From a virus: a DNA stretch of 64,000 nucleotides. Location of the stretch: positions 1 to 64,000 of the IMG/VR virus record IMGVR_UViG_3300037189_022865; one strand, 5' to 3'. The translations under genes were made by a program, and so were the position numbers. Shown here piece by piece: positions 10,042-19,369 of this stretch (position 1 is its first letter; the number at the start of each line of letters is the position of its first letter). The notes beneath the pieces were generated by a model. The model made no database searches and was not told the DNA's origin. It was given only the letters and a program-made list of their open reading frames with translations.

Positions 10042-10213
10042 ATACTTCAATAAGTTTTGAGAGTGCTTTTTCTGTTTGTTCTTTAAGAAGAGTAGAATCA
10101 GTAGTCTTAAGTAGTTCTGTAAGTGCTTTAATAGAAGCAATATGAAACTCTCTTTGTGAATTTACTTGCTGAACAGTCTCTTGTGGAAAGACCGGAGTGT
10201 TTTTCTGTGCCAT
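10031..10213 (-). CDS. Hypothetical protein
   Basis: 60-aa ORF tightly packed in operon. Confidence 0.55.
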   Translation of the reverse strand: MAQKNTPVFPQETVQQVNSQREFHIASIKALTELLKTTDSTLLKEQTEKALSKLIEVYVN

Positions 10214-10215
10214 AA

Positions 10216-10557
10216 TTAATGATGCCAGGAACCAAATCGTTCCTTATAATTTTTAGATTTATAATATTGATAAACTTGATGCCTTATCTTAAGGGCTGAT
10301 TGAAACAATTTAACTTCAGTGGGGAATCTATTCTTACGAAGCTTAATAAAGAGATGCCTCATCATATTCCTAAATCCTCCAGGCTTAAGTACTAAAGAAC
10401 CTAAGTCTTCTAACCTAAATCCTACGTACCTAATATTCTTATAATTATCAGAGATAACTTTAAACTGAAAATAAATAACGTGTTTTACTTTATCCTCAGG
10501 CATCTTAAGTAGAAGGGAAGTCTGCTTAATCAGCGGCTCTATTGAGGAGAGTAACAT
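10216..10557 (-). CDS. HU/IHF-like DNA-binding protein
   Basis: Two N-terminal helices followed by FRLEDLGSL beta-arm motif; crAss-like phages carry IHF-like genes in this module. Confidence 0.55.
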   Translation of the reverse strand: MLLSSIEPLIKQTSLLLKMPEDKVKHVIYFQFKVISDNYKNIRYVGFRLEDLGSLVLKPGGFRNMMRHLFIKLRKNRFPTEVKLFQSALKIRHQVYQYYKSKNYKERFGSWHH

Positions 10558-10891
10558 TAAATTCTTTTGTGTTTAAAAGTTTCTTTATAGTGGGAGTGTA
10601 ATCAATAAAGTTATCTTCATCTCGATATAGATACCCTTTAGAAATAAGGGAGTTAACTTTAAGGGAAAGATTCTGCTTTGTCATCTTAGGAGTATAAGAC
10701 TCAGACACTAACTTACGAGCCTTATAAGAGAAGGGATAGAACCTGTGAGTATCTGGTAAGGACATAAACCTCGCTAAGAGATCAGCCTCTGTATCGGAGA
10801 TACTTTTATCCTCAGGAGAGAACAATCCTATTACCCTAAGTGTGTTGAACAGAAACTCTTTCGTATTGTCTGAACTTACATTCATCTTCAT
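10526..10891 (-). CDS. Winged-HTH DNA-binding protein
   Basis: MTKQNLSLKVNSLISKGYLYRDED resembles a wHTH recognition helix and wing. Confidence 0.55.
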   Translation of the reverse strand: MKMNVSSDNTKEFLFNTLRVIGLFSPEDKSISDTEADLLARFMSLPDTHRFYPFSYKARKLVSESYTPKMTKQNLSLKVNSLISKGYLYRDEDNFIDYTPTIKKLLNTKEFNVTLLNRAAD

Positions 10892-10907
10892 TTACTTTAA
10901 TTTACTG

Positions 10908-10940
10908 CAAAGATACGAAATAAAAAGGGAGATGTCAAGT
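10908..10940 (-). promoter_or_regulatory. Bacteroidota sigmaA-type promoter for the packaging/RNA-gene operon
   Basis: TATCTTTG (-7 TAnnTTTG) at 10908-10915 with TTG at the -33 position, just upstream of ATG 10891. Confidence 0.75.
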
Positions 10941-10984
10941 ATTTACTAAAATATTTTTAAATTATTTTGCGAGATTTATCGAGC

Positions 10985-11388
10985 ATCTCAAGCTCCCCCT
11001 TGGGGGATGAGATTTAAGAGCTCAGGGGGACGGATACAGCTCTGCCCTTCCCCCTTAAAAATAAGGAGGTTAGGGCACCAGGTTTCCGGCCTGGTGGGGG
11101 TTTATTTTAAAGCTTAAGGGATGCCAGTGCTACCATCTATAAACGGTTACCCGATGAAGTGTGGATGCCTCGCCGTATAAGGTATTATAGTACCAAAGGC
11201 GTTAGCGAAATATAGTGCCCTACCAGAACCACTTCAATAACATCACATTCTATTCTTTAAAACATTTTCTCCGCTATCGGGGACAATTTCAACTTTCTTC
11301 AAGTCTATTAACCCGACTTCTAAACCCAGGGCTACTTTTTGCATTGGTGCCTGAGGGTTGACACAGAATTCTGATGGATTCGTGCGGA
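10985..11388 (-). ncRNA. Unannotated structured ncRNA candidate, copy A
   Basis: No ORF; follows promoter TATATTTG (11393-11400); core TTAGAAGTCGG...CCGATAG shared with 19370-19740; several GC-rich hairpins. Confidence 0.55.
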
Positions 11389-11392
11389 AGTA

Positions 11393-11425
11393 CAAATATA
11401 CAAAAAAGGGAAATATGGGTGTAAA
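11393..11425 (-). promoter_or_regulatory. Bacteroidota-type promoter
   Basis: TATATTTG at 11393-11400. Confidence 0.6.
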
Positions 11426-11443
11426 ATAATATTAGTAATTACT

Positions 11444-11719
11444 TTACTCATTACTGTTTGGAGATATAACGAGTTTAGGATGAGAGAGAAGTTTTGAGAG
11501 AGTTATATGAAATTGCTTTGGAAAATTAATAAGATCCAAATAAAAATAATCATATATATCCTTATCCATAAAAGAAATAAGAGAATCTACATTATCTGAA
11601 AAAGTAGATACCGAATAAAAATTTTCTAAAGAAGGCCCTATCCTAAGACGATAATTTCTAGAGTGTGGTCCATGAAACTCAAAGGAGGGTACGATTTCTA
11701 AACTATTGGCGTTGCGCAT
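11444..11719 (-). CDS. Hypothetical protein
   Basis: 91-aa ORF overlapping the upstream gene. Confidence 0.45.
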   Translation of the reverse strand: MRNANSLEIVPSFEFHGPHSRNYRLRIGPSLENFYSVSTFSDNVDSLISFMDKDIYDYFYLDLINFPKQFHITLSKLLSHPKLVISPNSNE

Positions 11720-11897
11720 TTCTTTGTTGTATTAATTTTTCAATATAATTAGCTGCATCTAAAAGTTCCTCTTGTAAATGCAAAAGAAAGTCATCTGTAT
11801 TATTCTCAAAGAGCGTAGTATTATATTTAGAAATACCAGTAGCAGATCTTTGATTAAGCTTTGATATTACAGATAAAACAATTGGATCAGTAGTCAT
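11703..11897 (-). CDS. Small phage protein, possibly MazG-like nucleotide pyrophosphohydrolase fold
   Basis: RSATGISKYNTTL...HLQEELLDAANY pattern (EExxD helix). Confidence 0.55.
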   Translation of the reverse strand: MTTDPIVLSVISKLNQRSATGISKYNTTLFENNTDDFLLHLQEELLDAANYIEKLIQQRNAQRQ

Positions 11898-11914
11898 GTT
11901 TTGTAAAGTTTATA

Positions 11915-11948
11915 CAAAGATACAACATTTGAGTGTGCTTTGTCAAGT
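11915..11948 (-). promoter_or_regulatory. Bacteroidota-type promoter
   Basis: TATCTTTG at 11915-11922 and upstream TTGACA, ahead of ATG 11897. Confidence 0.75.
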
Positions 11949-12099
11949 ATTTCGATAATTATTTTATGCCCCCCCCCCTTCTTTTTTTACAATATTGATG
12001 GGGTAGGTATACCCCCCCCCTAAAAATATATACGCGCCTAAGGGACAGTGGTCCACAACAAAATACCCCCGCTGCGCTTTTGTCGGAACAAATGGGGTA

Positions 12100-12612
12100 G
12101 TGGCTCAATCTTCTTTGATTATGTCAGACGCATTAGTATTAGGCGGTACTCCGATTGTTTCGGAGGCCGTCAGGCAGCAGGTACTCGCTTCTTTTGGAGC
12201 GGGTTCCCTGCACACTCCCAACTCCGTAAGCGGAGTGGAGTGCTCTGAAGAGTTCTTCAATCTTGCAAAAGACAAGACTCACGAGGTAACCGTGGTATCG
12301 CACGAAGGCATCACTAAATCTGGCCGCACTACAAAGCTCTCAAACGGAGCTGTAGTGGCAACGGGTGACGACGTCTATAGGGCGTTGTGCACCATCCAGA
12401 TAGGAACAGTGCAGGCAAAGTTGCGCCTGCATCTCTGCGACCTCCTGCCGTTGGTAAAAGGCGGCGGGAAAGGCAAAATGTCCTTCGGGACATATTATCC
12501 AGGAAACGAAACCGGTCCTGAAAGGGATAAACCGGAAGTAGTTAAGTACCTGGTGCCTAAAGCGGTATCAAGATACACAGCAGCCGAAATCGCGGAAGCG
12601 ATGGAGGCATAA
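12100..12612 (+). CDS. Hypothetical early protein (first gene of plus-strand block)
   Basis: 170-aa ORF; true start may be ATG 12121. Confidence 0.6.
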   Translation: MAQSSLIMSDALVLGGTPIVSEAVRQQVLASFGAGSLHTPNSVSGVECSEEFFNLAKDKTHEVTVVSHEGITKSGRTTKLSNGAVVATGDDVYRALCTIQIGTVQAKLRLHLCDLLPLVKGGGKGKMSFGTYYPGNETGPERDKPEVVKYLVPKAVSRYTAAEIAEAMEA

Positions 12613-12641
12613 CAACATCTCTCACTCAAATCTCTGATAAA

Positions 12642-12956
12642 ATGGCAAGGTGCATTCAATTCATCAGCAATCAAACACAAGAGCCCATTTCACTTAACGC
12701 TCTTGATACGCAAATCTGCAATCTGATAGGTGTAGAAGAATCACCTTCCCGTTACGGCGGCGTGGGTGAAAACGCTTATCCTTGGTTTCATGTAATCGGC
12801 GCACAAATCGCTGAAGGTCATGCGCTTAACAGTGCAGGCTTACGCGAACAAGTGGAAAAATGGCATAACTATTGTCCTGAAGCCCGGGACAATGGTGTAA
12901 AAATCCTCAATTACCTTGAGGAAAACTTTACAAGCCGTTCTTTTTGGGGCCGATAA
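12642..12956 (+). CDS. Hypothetical protein
   Basis: 104-aa ORF with A-rich leader. Confidence 0.65.
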   Translation: MARCIQFISNQTQEPISLNALDTQICNLIGVEESPSRYGGVGENAYPWFHVIGAQIAEGHALNSAGLREQVEKWHNYCPEARDNGVKILNYLEENFTSRSFWGR

Positions 12957-13108
12957 ACACTCATATATTTTCACCACGTCACTACCCCATTGTTCCCTAA
13001 AAAGTAATAATTAACCCACAACCAAGTGGGTTTTACATAAATATAGCGGTTTAAACCAAGCCGCTCTTTTTTTAACCAAACACCCGCTAGCCAAGCGGAC
13101 ATATAAAT

Positions 13109-13342
13109 ATGGCAACTATAATGCTGCAAATAATAGCATACGAACAAGTGCGTTTCGGTAGGGACGCCGCAAACCACGTCTACCACGTGGCTTTTGTAAC
13201 AAAAAACGGAAAGCTGTCAAAAGCTACTTTCCAAAACGTTTACTGTGCATCTGATATGATGCGCATGAGCAATGCTCAAAACGTAGAAAACATTGATGCT
13301 TTTATTGAAGAACACAATGCTACAATAGAAGAAAAAGATTAA
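13109..13342 (+). CDS. Hypothetical protein
   Basis: 77-aa ORF followed by a terminator. Confidence 0.6.
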   Translation: MATIMLQIIAYEQVRFGRDAANHVYHVAFVTKNGKLSKATFQNVYCASDMMRMSNAQNVENIDAFIEEHNATIEEKD

Positions 13343-13345
13343 ACA

Positions 13346-13370
13346 AGGGGGAAGCAATTCCCCCTCTTTT
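13346..13370 (+). terminator. Intrinsic terminator
   Basis: AGGGGGAA-GCAA-TTCCCCCT followed by CTTTT. Confidence 0.7.
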
Positions 13371-13628
13371 CTTCAACTCCGATTGGGGAGTATAAACCGT
13401 GTTAGGCCAATCGCGTTCATTTAATGAGGTCACAAAGAGGTAAGGGAACTCTGCTAACTCCCTTGGATTCGTATTAAGGCAATACGACTAAAGTACAACT
13501 GCTCATGTTGTAATCCATGTATGTTTCGGCTTACCGGAAACATACATAATTGGCACAGGTAAAACCTCGGAAACTTCGCCGATGCAAAATGATACTAACA
13601 AAATCATAAGCTAAAGAAGTATAACAAC

Positions 13629-13907
13629 ATGGCAAAAAATACCGCCACAATTCTGCGCAATGAGCAAGTTCACATTTGGATTTGCTTCCGCACACACCCT
13701 TCCCTGCATTGGAAAATAAAGGGAGTTCGCGAAGTCGGTTCTTGGCACGCAATGTATTGGGAAGAAGGTAAACTTCCCAAAATAGTGGAGTCCTACGTTA
13801 ATGGTAGAACGGGTTCTCACAGAATACATCGAGCATTCGCTGCCAGATGTTTGCATAACAACTTTCCAATCCATCTAGATAGGGTTGGATCTTGGTATAC
13901 AGTTTGA
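13629..13907 (+). CDS. Hypothetical protein (TGA stop)
   Basis: 92-aa ORF with AACAACATG start context. Confidence 0.55.
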   Translation: MAKNTATILRNEQVHIWICFRTHPSLHWKIKGVREVGSWHAMYWEEGKLPKIVESYVNGRTGSHRIHRAFAARCLHNNFPIHLDRVGSWYTV

Positions 13908-13983
13908 AGGAATTAACCTGAATGAACAGGTGCAAGGGCAGTCTCTACTGTCCAACTATTTTTAACCAAAATTTTTAATTACC

Positions 13984-14229
13984 GTGAAAAATACAATTTT
14001 AAATTACTCTAGGTGGATCATTTTCAATAACAACGCTGTAAGATACAACGTTGGACAACATACCCACGAAGGTTGGTATGTCAATGATTACGGTTACTGG
14101 AAACCAAAAATGTTCTCTACTTATGAAGTAGAAAGAGGTGTCTCCGGTAACTACACCGTGTTAGGAGACTCAAGCGAAGAGTATACTCTTCCTTATTTAA
14201 GGAAGTTTATGCCGTCTGTTTACCAGTAA
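13984..14229 (+). CDS. Hypothetical protein
   Basis: 81-aa ORF, GTG start. Confidence 0.5.
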   Translation: MKNTILNYSRWIIFNNNAVRYNVGQHTHEGWYVNDYGYWKPKMFSTYEVERGVSGNYTVLGDSSEEYTLPYLRKFMPSVYQ

Positions 14230-14634
14230 ATTTCTAAATCCTAGGACAAACCAACGGTAAATCCTATCCTAGGTAAGGTTCCACGCATAGGGAATTAGCG
14301 TGTAATAAAACAATTCCCATATGATAAATCCTATCTTATCCACTTTCGTGGCATTGCCAATTGTTTGTTTAGGCATGTAAGTAAAATAAAACATTCTAAT
14401 AGTGATAAAAATCACTACATATCCAGAGAAAACTGGTGGATATGTGGATGTACACGTGCTTGCTATAAATGCTTTACGCATAGTAGCTAAGTTCCCAGAT
14501 AAGCGTGTATTTTTTAACACTGCATAACAGTTAATACTGTTAGGTCTATCAATAGATAGGTTTAGGTCCATAGCGATGCTCAAAGTGTTCATTTAACAAA
14601 ACAACAGTGGCAGCTGGATAAATATGCAAAAATC

Positions 14635-14973
14635 ATGGAAACAAGAGAAGAGCTAAAAAACATGGAGCAATTAGTGCTCTCGATCACAAATGAAATGATG
14701 CTTCATGCATCGTACATGTGCCAAAAAATGGCACAACCGGAAACGGGTGTAAATTACACTCTCGGAAACCGAGTAAACGAGTGTGTAAAAATGTCAACTG
14801 ATCTATTAGAGATCAGGGACCGTTTATTTTCGTTGTTTAACGAGAAGATTTCGTTAGACGGTCCTGTCGATGAAACTCATGCTGAAAAAGAGTATGAGAA
14901 AATGATGGAATACAGAAGTTGCATGGTAGAAGCAAGATTGCTTCTTAAGAGGTTAAACAAAGGAAAAAAATGA
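14635..14973 (+). CDS. Hypothetical protein (TGA stop)
   Basis: 112-aa ORF followed by a terminator. Confidence 0.65.
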   Translation: METREELKNMEQLVLSITNEMMLHASYMCQKMAQPETGVNYTLGNRVNECVKMSTDLLEIRDRLFSLFNEKISLDGPVDETHAEKEYEKMMEYRSCMVEARLLLKRLNKGKK

Positions 14974-14984
14974 AGGAATGGCTC

Positions 14985-15012
14985 AGGGGATGGCCTTATA
15001 TCCCCTTTTTTA
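14985..15012 (+). terminator. Intrinsic terminator
   Basis: AGGGGAT...ATCCCCT followed by a T-tract. Confidence 0.7.
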
Positions 15013-15033
15013 TCACAATTAAATCCTAACAAC

Positions 15034-15276
15034 ATGGCAAGAATCTTTGCTGCACAGCCACTGACGGTGCAAACCTTCAACGAATTTTACCAAAAACTCA
15101 CTGCAACTGCACCAATGTTCAGTGTACCGACAAAAACAGGACCAGATCATGCTCCCACAGTAACCGTTTCTGTTGGAACAGAATGGGGGCAGTTTACGGC
15201 TAAAGGCTCCAATCAAAGGGAAGCCCGCCAAAAAGCCGTTGAAATGGCGTACGAATCGTACTTGAAAAACAGGTGA
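15034..15276 (+). CDS. Stand-alone double-stranded-RNA-binding domain (dsRBD-like) protein
   Basis: GPDHAPTVTVSV...AKGSNQREARQKAVEMAY matches the dsRBM pattern GPxHxxxFxVxV...GxGxSKKxAxxxAAxxA. Confidence 0.7.
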   Translation: MARIFAAQPLTVQTFNEFYQKLTATAPMFSVPTKTGPDHAPTVTVSVGTEWGQFTAKGSNQREARQKAVEMAYESYLKNR

Positions 15277-15411
15277 AATCATTGGGGGAGATTAGTTCTC
15301 CCCCAATTTCTCGTATACGTTCCTTGGAAACGAGATTAAATAAATTCCTAAATACACGGAGGGCATGGTAGCTCAACCTCAAGCATTTTTTCACTAATTA
15401 AACTTAACAAA

Positions 15412-15741
15412 ATGCACAAATTGAGTTTTGGCGTTGAAAATACGCCATTCATGATTGGTATCCTTCCAGAAGAAATTGTGGAGTTACCAAAAAAGATAAG
15501 ACTCGCAGATGGATCCCTCGTCTACGATTTCAACGAAGAAGGGAAAGTAATTCACACACAGCATAGGTTTGTGCCTACTCTGTGGCAGGATGGTAAATCG
15601 AAAGTGTATTACAAAGTAGCAAAAGCAAACGTAAATGCTTACGGAAAAACTACTTTGACAGTACTTGATATTTTCGATGAAACCAAAGCCCGTTTTATGG
15701 GCGTGACACTAACATCAGTTAGATTCGAGGCGAATGTGTGA
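15412..15741 (+). CDS. Hypothetical protein (TGA stop)
   Basis: 109-aa ORF. Confidence 0.6.
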   Translation: MHKLSFGVENTPFMIGILPEEIVELPKKIRLADGSLVYDFNEEGKVIHTQHRFVPTLWQDGKSKVYYKVAKANVNAYGKTTLTVLDIFDETKARFMGVTLTSVRFEANV

Positions 15742-15920
15742 CGCAGCGACTGTATGCATGAACTTCTCCTTAAGTGGACTGTATTCCCCCATGTGTAATA
15801 CGCTTGGTACCGTTGGCGTAGAAATTAGCGGTATAAACAAATCTTATTGAAGGGTTGATTTTGTTTATAAGGGTGGCAGCAATGTTGCCCTTATTTTAAC
15901 CCTTACAAAATCTCTATCTC

Positions 15921-16157
15921 ATGAAAAGAAAGAGAAAAAAGTCAAAACCTCAATACACTTTGTATGTTAGCTCTGAAAGCAAAAGGTTTATAAAACCATA
16001 TATGACTCTTGGAGCTGCCTGCAATGCTGCGTCCAAACTTCTTGGAGACGGTCATTACGCGACTGTATACCAAGGAAACAAAGAAGTGCCCTCAGAGAAA
16101 ATACTTAACGCTGATAGGGCAATAAATTCATTAAAAAAATACCTAGTAAAAACATGA
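15921..16157 (+). CDS. Hypothetical basic protein
   Basis: 78 aa; ATGA overlap with the next gene. Confidence 0.6.
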   Translation: MKRKRKKSKPQYTLYVSSESKRFIKPYMTLGAACNAASKLLGDGHYATVYQGNKEVPSEKILNADRAINSLKKYLVKT

Positions 16158-16405
16158 AAAAGTTCCTTCTTCTTTTTGCAGCACAGAACATCGTGCTCAT
16201 AATCATCGCTTTCTTCACCATCTGTTCCCTTGCATCATGTGAGGACAACATGGTGGAAGCGAAATCAATTTGTATCTCAGGTGAAAAAGCAGGTCAACAT
16301 AAGATCTGCTGGATTGACCGTCGTTTAATCGACGAAACAAATCCTGCACCTGACACAATCAAAGGAAAAAACTCGACCTTCGTAATCCTCGAAGTTGTCG
16401 AATAA
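16154..16405 (+). CDS. Putative lipoprotein
   Basis: Hydrophobic signal ending in LASC lipobox. Confidence 0.6.
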   Translation: MKKFLLLFAAQNIVLIIIAFFTICSLASCEDNMVEAKSICISGEKAGQHKICWIDRRLIDETNPAPDTIKGKNSTFVILEVVE

Positions 16406-16534
16406 AATAAGGTTTAATAGTGAGAAGGAAGAATCTTCCCAAAAGAGGGAGGGTTCTTTTTTTAAGTTAAGAGGTTCAAAGCCCTCATAAAGAGTGATGA
16501 CGTAACAACGTAAACTCGCTTAACTATAAAAAAC

Positions 16535-16759
16535 ATGGGAATTCATTACGACGAAAATTACAAATCTCAAACTGCTGATTACTGTGCTGAAGTTGATCTT
16601 ATGGATCAACTGGAATTTCACACTAATCGGGCTAAAAGATTAAAAATTATAGTCCATCTTAAAAAAGTCCCATTAATTGGTAGTATACATATTACACCAG
16701 AGGACATTTTTGAAGATGTAAAAGAACGTTATGAGGAAAAAGTTTCCTCATTAACATAA
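16535..16759 (+). CDS. Hypothetical protein
   Basis: 74-aa ORF with A-rich leader. Confidence 0.55.
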   Translation: MGIHYDENYKSQTADYCAEVDLMDQLEFHTNRAKRLKIIVHLKKVPLIGSIHITPEDIFEDVKERYEEKVSSLT

Positions 16760-16856
16760 AAAGAAAACTTTTCATGAGGATCTTGAGGGCCCCATTCAAA
16801 AGTGAGTGGGGTTCCTCTTGATTTAAGAAATTCTTTCACTATTTAAATCTCTTTTT

Positions 16857-17012
16857 ATGAAAATGAGTAATGAACTCAACCGTGCCATCAAACTTTTTCT
16901 GCTCACTATGGCGGTTGTCGTCACTGTATTCCTGTGTTCCTGCTCCCCTAAAATGGGTTGCAGATCACCTCAGAATGAATACTGGGAATACAGAGGTATG
17001 CCTAAGAATTGA
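16857..17012 (+). CDS. Small putative lipoprotein, 51 aa (not in ORF track)
   Basis: MKMSNELNRAIKLFLLTMAVVVTVFLCSCSPKMGC...; TGA stop. Confidence 0.5.
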   Translation: MKMSNELNRAIKLFLLTMAVVVTVFLCSCSPKMGCRSPQNEYWEYRGMPKN

Positions 17013-17268
17013 CGATGGTTGGTTGCTCCTTCGCTTTAAAAGTAAAGTGGGGGAGCTTCTTTTGAATTAAGAAATTCTGGTAATGTCTTCTAAAGAGAGG
17101 GCACATCAGGATCTAGCATAACGAAAGTTTAGATACTACTCTTCCGTCGTAAGATAGGAGAGTATTTTCATCGAAGCTGTTTTATTGTCATACCACTGTT
17201 GAAAAACAGCGGATGCTGATGTAAGGTTTTAGTTTGCCCTTATAGTCGTAAGATTGTAAGGGCATTTT

Positions 17269-17352
17269 CCCGGTACACAGGTGGTTTGTAATGTAACTCA
17301 GTGTTCGCACGCTTTACAAAACAAATTGTGGGTTCGACTCCCATTACCGGGG
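17269..17352 (+). ncRNA. tRNA-like RNA lacking a canonical anticodon arm
   Basis: Acceptor CCCGGTA/TACCGGG plus G; T arm GTGGG-TTCGACT-CCCAT; centre forms TTTGTAA/TTACAAA stem enclosing GTG-TTCG-CAC. Confidence 0.6.
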
Positions 17353-17353
17353 C

Positions 17354-17623
17354 ATGAAAGCATTAGATAGGTTTACCGCCTTCATGATGTTCGCAATTGG
17401 TATAGCGGGCATTGCTCTTATAATAAACTCTAGTCCCAGAAAAACTAATACAACTTTAATCCCTGACACAATAATTTCTGTCACTGATTATTATGTACTC
17501 GATAGTGAGTATATATATCTTTGTCAGAAAGATTCAATCATTTACAAAATCAAAAAAGATGAGAACAATCTTCTTTATCTTGATGGGGTTTTTCCCCTTT
17601 ATCCTACTGGCTCAGTCCGTTGA
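17354..17623 (+). CDS. Hypothetical membrane-anchored protein
   Basis: N-terminal TM helix. Confidence 0.55.
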   Translation: MKALDRFTAFMMFAIGIAGIALIINSSPRKTNTTLIPDTIISVTDYYVLDSEYIYLCQKDSIIYKIKKDENNLLYLDGVFPLYPTGSVR

Positions 17624-18134
17624 AATCAGACCCACTACCTACGCCTTAAACGATATAGGCGAAGAGTACAGGGTAGAAACCAAATCAACCATTGGTGACA
17701 GTACAATTACCAAAACGTACAAAGCCCAGGTTCTTGGAGATCTCTCAAAAATTGGGCAGTTCATCAATGATTCTCTGACGATTCAAGATGTTGAGTCGTT
17801 ACGAGTACCAGGTACATTCGCAATGGACTTGCGTGTGGGTATGTTTGTTCTTCATAGTAAGGGCAGCATCTCTAACGTTTATTCAGGTGCGAATACAATT
17901 ATCCGGATCGAACACGAACGCTCAGCTTCTGTATTTTATCAATACGAATGGGGCGAGTGTTACATGGATGATCCAAACAAGTTTTTACCAGAAATGACAG
18001 TACGCATTGTCTATCGCTATGGCGAATTTGCTATTCAAGCCGTAGATTGTACTGGAGAAGTAAAACTTGCACTTGGCACATCCGAAAAAGCCCTCCAACT
18101 GTGGGAAATCTACTCCCCTTTGTGGGAGAGGTAA
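17559..18134 (+). CDS. Hypothetical secreted protein
   Basis: MRTIFFILMGFFPFILLAQ signal peptide (Bacteroidota A-Q cleavage type); ATG 17559 preferred over 17493. Confidence 0.6.
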   Translation: MRTIFFILMGFFPFILLAQSVEIRPTTYALNDIGEEYRVETKSTIGDSTITKTYKAQVLGDLSKIGQFINDSLTIQDVESLRVPGTFAMDLRVGMFVLHSKGSISNVYSGANTIIRIEHERSASVFYQYEWGECYMDDPNKFLPEMTVRIVYRYGEFAIQAVDCTGEVKLALGTSEKALQLWEIYSPLWER

Positions 18135-18191
18135 GAAACCAGTTTGAATCGTTTCATAAGGGAGATGATGTAATATTGTCTCCCTTAATCT

Positions 18192-18539
18192 TTGAACAAC
18201 ATGGATACAACCAAAAGTGGTCTTTTAAAGGATTTAAAGGCCTCTCAGAGCGTTTATTTTAGTTTAGGAGTACTTAGAGTTATGTCTAAGATTTTCTCTG
18301 ATTCTCTGGCATCTACGACGCTTTTTTTAATAGAGGATTTTTACCTCAAACATAATACTTGGCAAACTCCTAAAATGATTTTTGAGAAATACAATAATCT
18401 GACTGAAAGTAAGAACACAAACTTTTACGCAGTCATAGGAGGCTACGTAATGTTAACCAATTCTAATTCACCGAAATCTTTCTACGCTGAGTCTATAGAT
18501 GAAGCAGTAGAGTTTTGTAAACAAAATAAAATTTTCTAA
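18192..18539 (+). CDS. Hypothetical protein
   Basis: 115-aa ORF. Confidence 0.55.
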   Translation: MNNMDTTKSGLLKDLKASQSVYFSLGVLRVMSKIFSDSLASTTLFLIEDFYLKHNTWQTPKMIFEKYNNLTESKNTNFYAVIGGYVMLTNSNSPKSFYAESIDEAVEFCKQNKIF

Positions 18540-19368
18540 ATGATGAAACTCCTTTATGTGAAGAGGTTCAACACCTTTCATCTTTTTACCGCTGCAATTG
18601 TCGGTGCTGCTATTAAGCATGCTTTTGACAATTTTACAGCGGAACAATTGTTCACCTACCTTTTCCTTTTCGGACTGGGTACATTTTTAAGGAACGATGG
18701 AAAAATTTGCTGATTTCATTCTCAAAATTGTAATGATTTTGGGACTTTTGTTGGCTGCCTTACTTTACGGCACAATGTGCATAATTGAAGAAAATTTCTT
18801 TGAGTTTTTATTTAAAGAATATGGTTTTCAATTTCGCACAAGAACTTACCCACTTCTTTACGACTTACTAGTTGTCATTAAAGTAATGCTAGCTATCAGA
18901 ATCGTAAAACGCATTGGGCTTATGATCTACAAAAATTTTATTGACCCTAACTTTGACTACAGTAAATACGTATAAAAAGTTGGGTTATGAAATCAGAGTT
19001 TGTCACGTTCATCTTTCACCTGTGGATTCTTATTACCGCAATCATAATTGCAGTTGGTATCTACAAATTTGTTTCACACATTAAAAAAATAAAGCCATGA
19101 TTATTGCAATCGCACTTGGTTTTCTCTGCGGGTTCTTTAATCCTTTCGCAGAATTGTTTCAAACAGAAAAACTCATTGTGGCATGAAAAAACTCAAATTT
19201 TTAATTGCCGTTATAATAGGAATGATTCCAATTGGAATGCTTGCACATTTCATTTGGCATTCTTCTATGAGAGACAATGATGTTTTCTTTGTTATTATGT
19301 TGGCTTTAGTTGTCCGATTTATTTCGGCTCCAATTACATCTTTCATCTTTAACAAACTTCCCCTCTAG
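18540..19368 (+). other. Chain of five small hydrophobic ORFs (18540-18713, 18697-18975, 18987-19100, 19097-19186, 19183-19368)
   Basis: All hydrophobic, TM-like; the last three are linked by ATGA stop/start overlaps. Confidence 0.55.
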
Positions 19369-19369
19369 A

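Noticed and set aside
10985-11388. RNase P RNA identity for the paired ncRNA candidates
   Set aside because: AGAAGTCGG only loosely resembles GAGGAAAGUCC and I found no complementary 3' P4 strand
13550-13600. c-di-GMP-I riboswitch (GGTAAAACC..GAAA..GATGCAAAA)
   Set aside because: The P2 stem does not pair and no P3 is evident
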